From Candidatus Scatovivens sp. (GTDB lineage Bacteria; Bacillota; Clostridia; TANB77; CAG-508), in assembly GCA_045630665.1 (NCBI GenBank), contig JAZQTI010000010.1:1-44772 (forward strand): a DNA stretch of 44,772 nucleotides. The letters run 5' to 3'. The notes beneath the pieces were generated by a model, which was not told the DNA's origin, ran no database searches, and saw nothing but the letters and a program-made list of their open reading frames with translations. Position numbers and translations under genes: made by a program. Below are positions 23,922-34,061 of the stretch, piece by piece (positions within the stretch are counted from its first letter, which is position 1; each line of letters starts with the position of its first letter).

Positions 23922-25613
23922 ATGAAAATTGTAATAATAGGAGGAGTAGCAGGAGGAGCAACAGCTGCAGCAAGATTAAGAAGACTAAATGAAGAGGCAG
24001 AAATAATAATTTTTGAAAGAAGTGGCTATGTTTCTTATGCGAATTGTGGACTACCATATTATATTGGTGGAGAAATTCAAGATAAAGAAGAACTAACATT
24101 GCAAACTCCAGAAAGTTTTTGGAGAAGATTTAAAATTGATGTTAGAACTTATCATGAAGTAACAAAAATAAATCCAGAAACAAAAACAGTTTCTGTAAAT
24201 AATATAAAAACAAATGAAAACTTTGAAGAAAGCTACGATAAACTTATTTTATCGCCTGGTGCAAACCCGGTGAAACCAAGCTTTTCAGCTATGGATTCAG
24301 ACAAAGTATTCACACTTCGTACAGTAGAAGATACTTTCTGTATTCGTGAATTTATAGACAGAAACAATCCTAAAACAACTGTAGTAATAGGTGGTGGATT
24401 TATTGGTTTAGAGATGGCTGAAAGTCTTAAGTCTAGAGGCATTGATGTTACAATTCTTCAAAAAAATCATCAACTATTAAATGTTATAGACCAAGACATG
24501 GCATCATTTATACATTCTAAATTTAGAAGAGAGGGAGTAAATCTTCTTTTTGGTGTAAATGTAAATGATATAAAATTAGAGGAAAACAAGCCTGTAATAT
24601 ATGCAGATTGCATGGAACCAATTGTAGCAGATATGGTAATTGTTTCAATTGGTGTTGTGCCTGAAAATAGTCTTGCAAAAGATGCTGGATTAGCTCTTGG
24701 CACAAGAGGCGCAATTTCTGTAAATGAAAGAATGCAAACTTCAAATGAAGATATTTATTCTGTTGGTGATGCAGTAGAAATAAAGCACTACATAACAAAC
24801 GAAAAAGCAGTTATCGCTTTAGCAGGACCAGCAAACAAACAAGGTCGTATTGCTGCTGATAATATTTGTGGAATTGATAGTAAATACAATGGTTCACAAG
24901 GCTCATCAGTTATAAAACTTTTTGATATGACAGCAGCTTCAACTGGAATTAATGAAACACAAGCAAAGATGGCTGGTATAAATTATGAAAAAGTAATTCT
25001 TTCACCATTATCTCATGCAGGTTATTACCCTGGAGCCAAAGTTTTAACTTTAAAGGTTTTATATGAAAAAGAAACTTTAAAAATTTTAGGAGCTCAAGGA
25101 ATTGGATATGAAGGCGTAGACAAGAGAATAGATGTACTTGCTACTGCAATGTATGCTGGTCTTACAGCAGACAAGCTTAAAGATTTAGATTTAGCTTATG
25201 CACCACCATATTCATCTGCAAAAGATCCTGTAAATATGGCTGGATTTATTATAGATAATATTGAAAACGGAATTGTTAAACAATTCTATTATGAGGATCT
25301 TTCAGAACTTACAAATAGAGATGATGTTATTTTATTAGATACAAGAACAGAATATGAATTTTCAAGAGGAGCAGCTGAAGGTTTCATAAATATTCCACTT
25401 GATGATTTAAGAGATAGACTTGATGAACTTGATAAAACAAAACCTGTATATGTAATGTGCCAAAGTGGATTAAGAAGTTATTTAGCTACAAGAATTCTTA
25501 ATCAAAATGGATTTGATTCATATAATTTTGCTGGTGGATATAGACTTTACAGTAGCATTCATTATGACCGTTTAGCTTCAAGTAATTCTTTTGCTTGTGG
25601 AATGGAAAAATAA
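23922..25613 (+). CDS. cdr: CoA-disulfide reductase with a C-terminal rhodanese domain
   Basis: FAD motif GGVAGGATAA, redox Cys in SYANCGLPYY, rhodanese loop CQSGLRS. ATG 23922 lies 5 nt after AGGAGG; the track starts at GTG 23916. Confidence 0.85.
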   Translation: MKIVIIGGVAGGATAAARLRRLNEEAEIIIFERSGYVSYANCGLPYYIGGEIQDKEELTLQTPESFWRRFKIDVRTYHEVTKINPETKTVSVNNIKTNENFEESYDKLILSPGANPVKPSFSAMDSDKVFTLRTVEDTFCIREFIDRNNPKTTVVIGGGFIGLEMAESLKSRGIDVTILQKNHQLLNVIDQDMASFIHSKFRREGVNLLFGVNVNDIKLEENKPVIYADCMEPIVADMVIVSIGVVPENSLAKDAGLALGTRGAISVNERMQTSNEDIYSVGDAVEIKHYITNEKAVIALAGPANKQGRIAADNICGIDSKYNGSQGSSVIKLFDMTAASTGINETQAKMAGINYEKVILSPLSHAGYYPGAKVLTLKVLYEKETLKILGAQGIGYEGVDKRIDVLATAMYAGLTADKLKDLDLAYAPPYSSAKDPVNMAGFIIDNIENGIVKQFYYEDLSELTNRDDVILLDTRTEYEFSRGAAEGFINIPLDDLRDRLDELDKTKPVYVMCQSGLRSYLATRILNQNGFDSYNFAGGYRLYSSIHYDRLASSNSFACGMEK

Positions 25614-25653
25614 ATGATAAAGTATAAATATCAAATATAGAAAGGAAGCATTT

Positions 25654-26823
25654 ATGAAAAAAGACATTACAATATCAGAGAATATAAAATACATAGGAGT
25701 AGATGATCATGACATAGATTTATTTGAAGGACAATATGTTGTGCCAAATGGAATATCATATAACTCTTACATAATTAAAGATGAGAAAATAGCTGTTATG
25801 GATACTGTAGATAGAAGAAAATCTGAAGAATGGTTAGCTAATTTAGAAAAAGAATTAGCAGGAAAAGAACCAGATTATTTAGTAGTATCTCACATGGAAC
25901 CAGATCACAGCTACAATATTGGTGTTTTAGCAGAAAAATATCCTAATATGAAAATAATAGCAAATGATAAAATATTTGATTTTATGAAACAATTTTTTGA
26001 AATTTCTAATTTAGATGAAAGAAAAATTGTTGTAAAAGAAGCTGAAGAAATTAGTTTAGGAAAACACACTTTACAATTCTTTATGGCTCCAATGGTACAT
26101 TGGCCAGAAGTAATGGTAAGTTATGAGAAAACAGAAAAAATAGTATTTGCTGCTGATGGTTTTGGAAAATTTGGAACATTAGATACAGACGAAGAATGGG
26201 ACTGTGAAGCTAGAAGATATTATTTCAACATAGTAGGAAAATATGGTGTTCAAGTTCAAATGCTTCTTAAAAAATTAGCGACATTAGATGTTAAAATGAT
26301 TTGTCCTTTACATGGTCCAATTTTAAAAGAAAATTTAGGACACTATATTGGAAAATATGATATATGGAGCAAATACGAAGCAGAAGATGATGGTGTATTT
26401 GTTGCTTATGCTTCAATTCATGGAAATACAAAAGATGCTGTTTCAGAATTAGTAAAAATGTTAGAAGAAAAAGGGGCTAAAAAAGTTGCTGTAGCAGATT
26501 TAACCCGTGATGATATGGCTGAAGCAATTGAAGATGCATTTAGATATGACAAAGTAATTTTTGCTGCTGCAAGTTATGATGCATCAGTATTTCCTGTAAT
26601 GGAAACTTTCTTAAGAAAATTACTTAATAAAAATTATCAAAACAAAAAAGTTGGAATTATTGAAAATGGTACTTGGGCTCCAACAGCTGGAAGAGTGATG
26701 AAAGATATAATTTCTGGAATGAAAAATATTACTGTATGCGAAAACCAAGTTACAATTAAATCTAGATTAAACAATAGCTCTAGAGAGCAAATGGAAAATT
26801 TAGTTACTGAAATTTTAGGATAA
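25654..26823 (+). CDS. fprA: Flavodiiron protein (FprA-type O2/NO reductase)
   Basis: Metallo-beta-lactamase-like di-iron motif HMEPDHS plus a C-terminal flavodoxin-like domain. Confidence 0.85.
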   Translation: MKKDITISENIKYIGVDDHDIDLFEGQYVVPNGISYNSYIIKDEKIAVMDTVDRRKSEEWLANLEKELAGKEPDYLVVSHMEPDHSYNIGVLAEKYPNMKIIANDKIFDFMKQFFEISNLDERKIVVKEAEEISLGKHTLQFFMAPMVHWPEVMVSYEKTEKIVFAADGFGKFGTLDTDEEWDCEARRYYFNIVGKYGVQVQMLLKKLATLDVKMICPLHGPILKENLGHYIGKYDIWSKYEAEDDGVFVAYASIHGNTKDAVSELVKMLEEKGAKKVAVADLTRDDMAEAIEDAFRYDKVIFAAASYDASVFPVMETFLRKLLNKNYQNKKVGIIENGTWAPTAGRVMKDIISGMKNITVCENQVTIKSRLNNSSREQMENLVTEILG

Positions 26824-26831
26824 AATTAAAG

Positions 26832-26862
26832 CCCCTATAAGAATTTCTTATAGGGGTTTTTT
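26832..26862. terminator. Bidirectional terminator
   Basis: CCCCTATAAGAA / TTCTTATAGGGG stem followed by T6, between convergent genes. Confidence 0.8.
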
Positions 26863-26873
26863 ATAAATTTATT

Positions 26874-28052
26874 TTAACGTTGCCATTCATCTTTTGAACC
26901 AGAATGCGAAAGTGTTTTATCATTATTTTTTAAAGCTGTATCTGGAACATTTTTGCTTGTTTCATCATTATGAACTATGTATTTGTCTAATCCATTTGTT
27001 TCAACTTCATCAGGTGTTTTTTCTTTTCCAGCTTTAAGTGCTTTTCTGTTTTTGAAGAAATTTTCTAATCGAGATGTTATAGAAAAGAACCATTTTTTGG
27101 AGGTTAGAAATGCTTTGCTGAAAAATCCTTTTATTTTTTTATTATTTATAACATTTATTGCAGATGTTGCAAGTGGAATTTTATGTCCTTCAAATGCTTC
27201 TTCTTTTGAGCATTGAACAAAACTTCCTGTTTCATCTAATTCACAAGCTTCTACTAAATGATTTCCAATAGCATTATTTACATTTTTCTTGTTATTTCTT
27301 ACATAATGTATATTTTCGGCAAATAGTTCTGGCTTATTTATTGATGATACATAATCACCACCACTTACAAAGCAACTAAATTTTTCTTTATTATTAATTG
27401 CATCGATTTTTTCTTTTGTATCTAATGATTGGCTATTTATATGTAATGGGTTTATAACAAATGCATTTGATACATCTTCATAATTTTGTAGATATATACT
27501 TTCTGCTAAAAATCCACCTAAAGAATGTCCATACAAATAGTTTTTACTAGAGTGATTTTTGTGTTTATCAAATAGTGTTTGTGCTTCATCAACTTGTTCT
27601 GTATGGTTTGTTAAAAAAGCTTCAACATCAGCCAATCCATCTGTGGCTAAACTATAAAATGTTTTTGGATCAGTTCCTCTAAAAGAAAAGCCTGTATTTC
27701 TCATTGAATCTCTAAAACAAATTCCATTAAATCCAGAATATAAGTCGTTAGCTAAGTCAATAACTTCAAGTTCTCCAAGACCTGAGTTTTCTATTTCTTC
27801 AACAAATTCCATATTTGTAGTTGTAACTCCAGTTATAGCTTTTTTTAGTTGTGGTAAATGCAAACAACCTAAATATGAATCATTTGGATCTGATAATAAA
27901 AATTTTAAATCAGAAATTGTAATTTTTGTTTGCATTTCTTTTACTTTATGAAATCTATTATAGTCAACATTCAAATATGCTAATCTAGTAAGTAAGGATT
28001 TTTGATATTCAGTTAAATTACTTAAAAGAATGTTATTCAATTTATACCTCAC
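26874..28052 (-). CDS. Alpha/beta hydrolase, lipase class 3 / Mbeg1-like (DUF2974-like)
   Basis: Nucleophile elbow YGHSLGG. The start is uncertain: GTG 28052, or TTG 28040 preceded by GAGG. Confidence 0.65.
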   Translation of the reverse strand: MRYKLNNILLSNLTEYQKSLLTRLAYLNVDYNRFHKVKEMQTKITISDLKFLLSDPNDSYLGCLHLPQLKKAITGVTTTNMEFVEEIENSGLGELEVIDLANDLYSGFNGICFRDSMRNTGFSFRGTDPKTFYSLATDGLADVEAFLTNHTEQVDEAQTLFDKHKNHSSKNYLYGHSLGGFLAESIYLQNYEDVSNAFVINPLHINSQSLDTKEKIDAINNKEKFSCFVSGGDYVSSINKPELFAENIHYVRNNKKNVNNAIGNHLVEACELDETGSFVQCSKEEAFEGHKIPLATSAINVINNKKIKGFFSKAFLTSKKWFFSITSRLENFFKNRKALKAGKEKTPDEVETNGLDKYIVHNDETSKNVPDTALKNNDKTLSHSGSKDEWQR

Positions 28053-28336
28053 AAATAATATGTTTTCAGAAAAATGATACTACAAAAATCGTTTTATGTC
28101 AATTTATCCAAAGGCCATAAAACAAAAAGTATTAATGTAGTTTATGATTATTTTTGATTTTTGTGAAATTTTGTTTTAAACTATTTTTTGTAAAGAAATT
28201 GAAATATAAAAATTAGCCAAAATTGTTGAAAAAATAGAAATATATTTATATAATAAAATATGTATTCTTATAGAATAATAGTAGAAATAATTGAAAAAAT
28301 AAATAGATAAAAAACATAGAAATTATAGGAGAATTT

Positions 28337-29374
28337 ATGGGAGAAAAATTAGACTTTCCAACCAAGCTAGAAGAAAAACTTAGTATTTTTGATCAAATAA
28401 GAAAATTCATGAAAAGAACAAGTATAGCTGTAGATAAAAAAGGAAGAATAAGTTATATTTCATATCCACCTAGAATGGGATTTTCAAAAAAACAAGCTGA
28501 AAATATCGAAACTCTAGAAGTAAATGATGTATTAATACTTGGAGATGATAGAGATAGATCTTTAAATGAACTTAAAAATTTAAAAACTTTAGTTTTAGGT
28601 AATGGTGTTGTTGCTGTTACAGAAGGAGCAATTCCTTCAACTACTGTAGAAGAGTTAGTTCTTTCAGATCAAGCAAGACAAATACCAAGAGGTGCAATTG
28701 CTGATACAAAAATAAAAAAAGTTAGAGGTACAGATTTTACAGTAGCAACTGTTTCAGGACATTCAAAAACAGATATATTTTTTGATCAAGATGAAAGATT
28801 AAATTTTATTGAACACGATCATAATAGCTTGGGCCAACTAGATGATATGGCTGAAAAACAACAAAATCCAGTTTTAAAAACTGAAGCTAAAATTCGTGCT
28901 TTATCATGGGATATTTTACGTGAATCAAGTAAAGAAAACAATGAAAAAAGTATATACGTATATTCAGAAGCCTTAGGAAGAGATAGAAATTATTCTGTTC
29001 ATGCTATTGTAGATACATTTCCAATTCCTGCTAGTAGGTCAGAAAAAATTGATGATGATAAATTAATTGGAATTTTCGTTACTGGAAAAGAAGAAGTTGA
29101 TTTATCAGCATTTACTCAATATCCAAATCTTACTCAAATAGTTGTTGGTAAAGATGTTTCAAGAGTAATTGGAGCTCCAGATTTAGCTGAAAATGGAGTT
29201 GTAGATCAAGACAAAACACCTCAAAGAACACAAAAAAATGTAGATGGAAAAAGCCAATTAGTAACAATAATGTCTGGTAATACAGTTGTTTTAAAACCTA
29301 TGCAAGTTGCTACACCAGAGCTAACACATCAACCAGAAAAAACAGTTCAAAAAGAAGATAGAGAAATGGAATAA
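28337..29374 (+). CDS. Hypothetical protein (345 aa), possibly with leucine-rich-repeat-like segments
   Basis: RBS AGGAGA. Contains LKNLKTLVLGNGVVAVTEGAI and LTQIVVGKDVSRVIGA. Intermediate GC of about 38%. Confidence 0.5.
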   Translation: MGEKLDFPTKLEEKLSIFDQIRKFMKRTSIAVDKKGRISYISYPPRMGFSKKQAENIETLEVNDVLILGDDRDRSLNELKNLKTLVLGNGVVAVTEGAIPSTTVEELVLSDQARQIPRGAIADTKIKKVRGTDFTVATVSGHSKTDIFFDQDERLNFIEHDHNSLGQLDDMAEKQQNPVLKTEAKIRALSWDILRESSKENNEKSIYVYSEALGRDRNYSVHAIVDTFPIPASRSEKIDDDKLIGIFVTGKEEVDLSAFTQYPNLTQIVVGKDVSRVIGAPDLAENGVVDQDKTPQRTQKNVDGKSQLVTIMSGNTVVLKPMQVATPELTHQPEKTVQKEDREME

Positions 29375-29384
29375 TATAATAAAA

Positions 29385-29411
29385 AAAGAACCAGTTTTCT
29401 GGTTCTTTTTT
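29385..29411 (+). terminator. Rho-independent terminator
   Basis: AGAACCAG / CTGGTTCT stem followed by T6. Confidence 0.8.
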
Positions 29412-29513
29412 GCTTCCTTTAATATTTAAAGTTAGCGAAGATTACAATAGCTACAATGGGTTTGTAGCAGGTATTATTGGGATTCTCTTTGGGGAAAGAG
29501 AACTTAAGGTTTA

Positions 29514-30167
29514 TTATTCGCCGAAAACAGCGATATAATCTTTTTTAAATTTTTCAATTCCTGCATCTGTTAATGGATGTTTTAGGCATTGTTCAATTAC
29601 TTTATATGGTACTGTAGCAATATCTGCTCCAGCTTTTGCACAGTCAATTATATGTATAGGATTTCTTACACTTGCACAAATAATTTCTGTATCTATATTT
29701 TGCATTGCAAATATTTCTGAAATTGTTCTTATTAAGTCAATTCCAGGTGTTGCAATATCATCTAATCTTCCTAAAAACGGAGATACATATGTTGCTCCAG
29801 CTCTAGCTGCAAATAATGCTTGTGATGCATTAAATATTAGAGTTACATTTGTTTTTATTCCTTCTTTTGATAATACTTTTACAGCCTTTAAACCTTCAGC
29901 TGTCATTGGAATTTTTACTACCATATTTGGATGGATTGCAGCAATTTCTCTTGCTTCTTCAATCATGTCTTCAGCTGTAACTGTTGTTGCTTTAACTTCT
30001 CCGCTTATAGCTCCATCTACAATTGAAGTTATTTCTTTAATTACTTCTTTGAAATCTCTTCCTTCTTTAGCAATTAATGATGGGTTAGTTGTAACTCCAC
30101 AAATTATTCCCATGTCATTTGCTTTTCTGATTTCATCTACATTTGCTGTGTCAATAAAAAATTTCAT
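29514..30167 (-). CDS. Fructose-6-phosphate aldolase / transaldolase (TalC/Fsa subfamily)
   Basis: [15 protein letters not shown], and the Schiff-base Lys in VVKIP. ATG 30167 is preceded by AGGAGG; the track start at 30218 is unlikely. Confidence 0.9.
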   Translation of the reverse strand: MKFFIDTANVDEIRKANDMGIICGVTTNPSLIAKEGRDFKEVIKEITSIVDGAISGEVKATTVTAEDMIEEAREIAAIHPNMVVKIPMTAEGLKAVKVLSKEGIKTNVTLIFNASQALFAARAGATYVSPFLGRLDDIATPGIDLIRTISEIFAMQNIDTEIICASVRNPIHIIDCAKAGADIATVPYKVIEQCLKHPLTDAGIEKFKKDYIAVFGE

Positions 30168-30428
30168 ATAATACCTCCTAAATAAATATTGCAAATTTAT
30201 TTTAAAATTAAATATCAATTAATTATAAAAATTAAAAAGATGATGTATATAATTAATCATAAAATTATGAAAATAATATTTTTTTTTCGTGAAATATTTT
30301 ACACATAATATTCACAAAGAATTTACTTGAAACTAGTGCTTTTTGTGGAATTCTATGGTATAATAGCTTTTACGAAAATATAGACACCGTACTAATGAGC
30401 GAATGCTCAAGAAACTTTGGAGGTAAAA

Positions 30429-30806
30429 ATGACCAAGCAAGAATTTTTGCAGGACAGAAGCAACGGAGTAACCATCGTAAGAATCAGTGCAAGCGATCTT
30501 TATGATCATGACGGAGGAGTTCGGCATCTGAACAAGACCGACGTTAAGCGCCTGATCAAGCAGATGAACCTCATCGATAAGGTCTGCGGACAAATCGACA
30601 GGATCATCAAGAGAGATAAGCGAAAGGGGGCCGAGTATAAGGAAGGGGAAATCTGTAAATCTCCTTTTGTATTCCCTCAGAATGAGGATCTCATGCCTGA
30701 TGCTGTAGCATATGCAGAGAGCAAAAATCTCGAAGTGTACAGCAAAAATGTTGAGGGAAACCGAGCAACTTATATTTTTGTGAGAGAAATTGGAGTCAAA
30801 TCCTAA
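30429..30806 (+). CDS. Hypothetical protein (125 aa), moderate GC
   Basis: ATG 30429 lies 5 nt after GGAGG. A GC-rich hairpin terminator follows at about 30818-30840. Confidence 0.6.
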   Translation: MTKQEFLQDRSNGVTIVRISASDLYDHDGGVRHLNKTDVKRLIKQMNLIDKVCGQIDRIIKRDKRKGAEYKEGEICKSPFVFPQNEDLMPDAVAYAESKNLEVYSKNVEGNRATYIFVREIGVKS

Positions 30807-30933
30807 TCTCTTTTTAAGTGGGGGCGACCCCGCTTTTTCTTTTATTAAATTAACAATGAATAAAGTAGTTTGAAACAAAATATTAAATAAAATTGTAAAA
30901 GTGATATTAAAATAAAACTTGATTTACATAATA

Positions 30934-30962
30934 TTGAAAAAGTGGATAGAATGTGTTATAAT
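30934..30962 (+). promoter_or_regulatory. Putative promoter TTGAAA-17-TGtTATAAT
   Basis: -35 at 30934-30939 and -10 at 30957-30962. The upstream block AAATAAAACTTGA (30910-30922) is identical to 5082-5094. Confidence 0.55.
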
Positions 30963-31001
30963 GGTAAATGTCAATATAAACACAACGTAGGAGGAAACTA
31001 T

Positions 31002-31997
31002 ATGAAGAAAATCGTAGAACACCCAGAACAGATCCGGTTAAACGGATTTGCAGAAAGTAATGGTGTTGGATTCTTGCCTTCTAAGAAGGAGGGCATATTG
31101 ATTGTCCAGACACCAGGATTTTTTGCATCCCCAGATGGAAGAAACCATCTCAAGACGAAGTACATCAACCCCGACATTCGCGACAAGAACTCTGAGGACA
31201 AGGATGTCCTGAAAACAGAACAGAAGCTTAAGAAATATACAAAAGTCTTTGCGATAATCATTGCGGTTCTCGCTCTGGCTTGTATGGTTCTTAGCTTTGT
31301 AAGCGTAAAATGGGAGGATTCCAATCTCTGGACCGACCTTTTTGCAACAGCAATGTTCGTTCTGTTAGCAATGATTTGCCTTGCAAAACCTTGTGTAATT
31401 GCAATTCTGAAATTCTTTGGAAACAAGGAAATTCGGAGTTTCAGCAAATTCTTGGCTGCAAAGAACTCAATCGAAAACGCATACTACGATCTTGGAAAAG
31501 TACCCACAATCGAGGAAGCAAAACAGTATTCCACTAGATCGCTGAAATGCCCATACACAAGATACGGTCACTTTGCCTTGATCTGCTTGTTTATTGGTAT
31601 CATCAGAAACCTAGATGGTATTTTCTACTGGATCGTTGCTGTTGCAGCAATTGCTTTGGTATGGGTTCTTGAAGAGAAAAATCATCTGACATTCTGGCAG
31701 AAACCTATTCTGTCCAATCCTGATACCAAGCATTACCAGGTAGCAATTAAGGCGCTTGAAGAAAGTCTTGAAGTTATCGGTCATGTACATATTGGATATA
31801 AGGAGATAAATTTCGAGACAGAGGGGTTCACTGGAGAGAATTGCAACATGTGCGAAAAATACGATTTTTGCAAACAACTCAATCAGGAACGTAAAGGTAT
31901 GAATGCTCAAAGCCACGATGAAAATGGCGACAACATTCCGGCTGATAAAGCTGTTGATAAAGACGTCAAAGAGGGCTTAAATCATGACCAGAAGTAA
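31002..31997 (+). CDS. Hypothetical multi-pass membrane protein (331 aa)
   Basis: ATG 31002 lies after AGGAGGAAAC. Has 4 or more hydrophobic helices. The C-terminal tail is Cys-containing (GENCNMCEKYDFC). Terminator at 32047-32080. Confidence 0.65.
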   Translation: MKKIVEHPEQIRLNGFAESNGVGFLPSKKEGILIVQTPGFFASPDGRNHLKTKYINPDIRDKNSEDKDVLKTEQKLKKYTKVFAIIIAVLALACMVLSFVSVKWEDSNLWTDLFATAMFVLLAMICLAKPCVIAILKFFGNKEIRSFSKFLAAKNSIENAYYDLGKVPTIEEAKQYSTRSLKCPYTRYGHFALICLFIGIIRNLDGIFYWIVAVAAIALVWVLEEKNHLTFWQKPILSNPDTKHYQVAIKALEESLEVIGHVHIGYKEINFETEGFTGENCNMCEKYDFCKQLNQERKGMNAQSHDENGDNIPADKAVDKDVKEGLNHDQK

Positions 31998-32176
31998 TTA
32001 CAACTTGATTGATACAGTTTCTATTTCGCTGTTTCGCGAAAAGTACAAAACACCACAGAGATGTGGTGTTTTGGCTTTTTATAAGATAAATAAAACGAAA
32101 AAGGCCTTAAGTGCAAACTGTTGCAACTTAAGGCTTTGTACCATCTGAGGTATTTACAAAAATTACTGGGAAAACT

Positions 32177-32938
32177 TCATTTGTAAAGACAAGGACAATT
32201 TGCGTCTACACAACAACTTGGAGGAGTACTCGTGGGTTGAGTGTAGTAGTAGTAGCTCGTTCCGATGTGAGATTGAAATGCTTCTGCAAAAACAACATAA
32301 TCGATGTCAACATAGCCAACTTTTCCGGTGGCAAGTTCTTTAACAAGGATATAATTATTTTTGATTTGAGGATTAACCACCTGGAGAACATCTCCATAGA
32401 GAAGATACTTGATTCTGTCTCCATTGCGGTTAGATCTTTTGCGAAGATTTAATTTTCTTTCGGAAGTTACCACAAGAGTTGCATTCTCCGGAACAGTGCC
32501 GTTAAGCTGACTGAGCGGAAGAAAAATTGAGGTGTCCATTACAGGTTGGGTTTCCGGGATCGGGATCTGAATTTGCGGCGGAGGAGTTACCTGAACCGTG
32601 GGTTCAGAAATCTCACCAGGCAGCCGGAGCAGCTTCAGGAATTCACCATACACGTAGCAGGTTCGATTGGTTTTGTCTACTTTCACAAAGTAATAACCAT
32701 CACGGTCAACTTCTTTGAGAATAGTAACAGTTTCACCTTTCGGAACTCCACCGATGATGTTACCCTGAGGGCGGTCTCTCATGTTGAGTTCAGTGTCTAC
32801 ATTAGCATAGGCAACGCTTCCAACAGGAAGGCCAGCAGCATATGCATTGGTCGAGGTTACAAAGAGACTAGCGAGAAGTACCACAGCGATGATGAGTACT
32901 CTCACAGAGCAAACCAGGAAATTCCGTTCCGTCTTCAT
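32177..32938 (-). CDS. Secreted protein with two bacterial SH3 (SH3b) domains
   Basis: Signal peptide ending in NAYA|AG. Two units of SH3b pattern: LNMRDRPQG..IGGVPKGETVTIL....DGYYFV and LNLRKRSN..GDRIKYLLYGDVLQVV..NYILV. RBS AGGAGG. Confidence 0.7.
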   Translation of the reverse strand: MKTERNFLVCSVRVLIIAVVLLASLFVTSTNAYAAGLPVGSVAYANVDTELNMRDRPQGNIIGGVPKGETVTILKEVDRDGYYFVKVDKTNRTCYVYGEFLKLLRLPGEISEPTVQVTPPPQIQIPIPETQPVMDTSIFLPLSQLNGTVPENATLVVTSERKLNLRKRSNRNGDRIKYLLYGDVLQVVNPQIKNNYILVKELATGKVGYVDIDYVVFAEAFQSHIGTSYYYYTQPTSTPPSCCVDANCPCLYK

Positions 32939-33085
32939 TTTTATACCTCCTAAACATAATGACGGTCTCCATATTAATTATACCAAAAATATGAAAAAAA
33001 GTAAACTTTCTTATGTAAATAACATAAATGATATGTTTTGAAAATAGAAAATTGATTGTTAAATTTGTTATACAATAATACAAAA

Positions 33086-33115
33086 TTAGACTTATTATGT
33101 AAAATGTGGTATAAT
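33086..33115 (+). promoter_or_regulatory. Putative promoter TTAGAC-18-TGgTATAAT
   Basis: -10 at 33110-33115 with TG. The core is near-identical to 7933-7957. Confidence 0.55.
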
Positions 33116-33171
33116 AAAGGGTATAGCGATGCTATAATTGAAGCCAGAGAAAGGTAAGGAGGAATATATTT

Positions 33172-33963
33172 ATGGCTTTAAAACGGACTATAGTCATTAT
33201 GCTTGTTATTTTAGGAGTGTTCCAGTTCTCTCGTGTTGCAATGGCGCAGCATACTGAAGAACAAACTGCTCCAGTGAATAACCTGTCAATGCTATACGAA
33301 GAAGAACAAAATACCACAGCATCATCCGTTGAAGAAACCAAGCTTGCCTTAGCAAGTGAGGAACCTGCTAGTTTTGCAGTATATAGCAATGAGGTTCCTG
33401 AAGAAACCGAGGAGAGTACTATTGCCACTGAAGGCGAAGAAATTCCTGAAGAGACTAAACCTGAAATCGTGCATAGCGGCTTAATTGAGCGCTTAGTACC
33501 AAAGAAAGAAGAGTCTCATGAAATGTCCGAAGAAGAAATAATTGCAGCAGAATTAGCAGAAAAAGAAGCATCCCAAAAGGGTGAAGAAAGTAAAAAAGCC
33601 GAAAATATTATAGATGATCCAAGTAATCCATATGGTGTTGAGCTAGAAGATTATGTCTGGGAAGGCAATGTTCTTAATAAACGTAATGGAACCGTACGTG
33701 GTCCTAGCGGCAAGGAAACTTACTATAATTTAGATATGACTGGCGTTGTATGGATTATGGAAGACCTTGGCTATACCTATGAATATCATGTCCGTGAAGA
33801 CGGTGTGAAAATGTATGGTCCTTACATTATGTGTGCAGCGAATCTTGAGATAAGACCTCGCGGTACCATTTTGAAGACTAGCCTTGGCTGGGCTATGGTT
33901 TGTGACACTGGCGGTTATGCCAAAGTTGATCCGACCTGGCTTGACATTGCGGTTACTTGGTAA
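33172..33963 (+). CDS. Secreted 3D-domain (MltA-like / cell-wall-active) protein with an acidic linker
   Basis: Signal peptide ending in VAMA|Q, an E-rich linker, and a C-terminus with GPSGKETYYNLDM ... CDTGGYAKVDP.WLDIAV, which resembles the 3D domain. Confidence 0.6.
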   Translation: MALKRTIVIMLVILGVFQFSRVAMAQHTEEQTAPVNNLSMLYEEEQNTTASSVEETKLALASEEPASFAVYSNEVPEETEESTIATEGEEIPEETKPEIVHSGLIERLVPKKEESHEMSEEEIIAAELAEKEASQKGEESKKAENIIDDPSNPYGVELEDYVWEGNVLNKRNGTVRGPSGKETYYNLDMTGVVWIMEDLGYTYEYHVREDGVKMYGPYIMCAANLEIRPRGTILKTSLGWAMVCDTGGYAKVDPTWLDIAVTW

Positions 33964-34030
33964 TAAAACTCCGCTTGAAAACAGATTCCAAAAGTGCTAA
34001 CTTTTGGGTCTGTTTTTCTTTTATAATGTA

Positions 34031-34061
34031 AAAGAGAGGCAAGGTTTGCCTCTCTTTTTTA
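34031..34061. terminator. Bidirectional terminator between convergent genes
   Basis: AGAGAGGCAA / TTGCCTCTCT stem flanked by A4 and T6. Confidence 0.8.

Noticed and set aside
30333-30878. 181-aa minus-strand ORF opposite 30429..30806
   Set aside because: It has no RBS. The plus-strand ORF has a GGAGG RBS and a downstream GC-rich terminator. It is another codon-aligned antisense artefact.
32546-32953. 135-aa plus-strand ORF (plus 32527..32718 and 32237..32452) opposite the SH3b gene
   Set aside because: The minus-strand gene has a signal peptide, SH3b repeats and an AGGAGG RBS. These are antisense artefacts.
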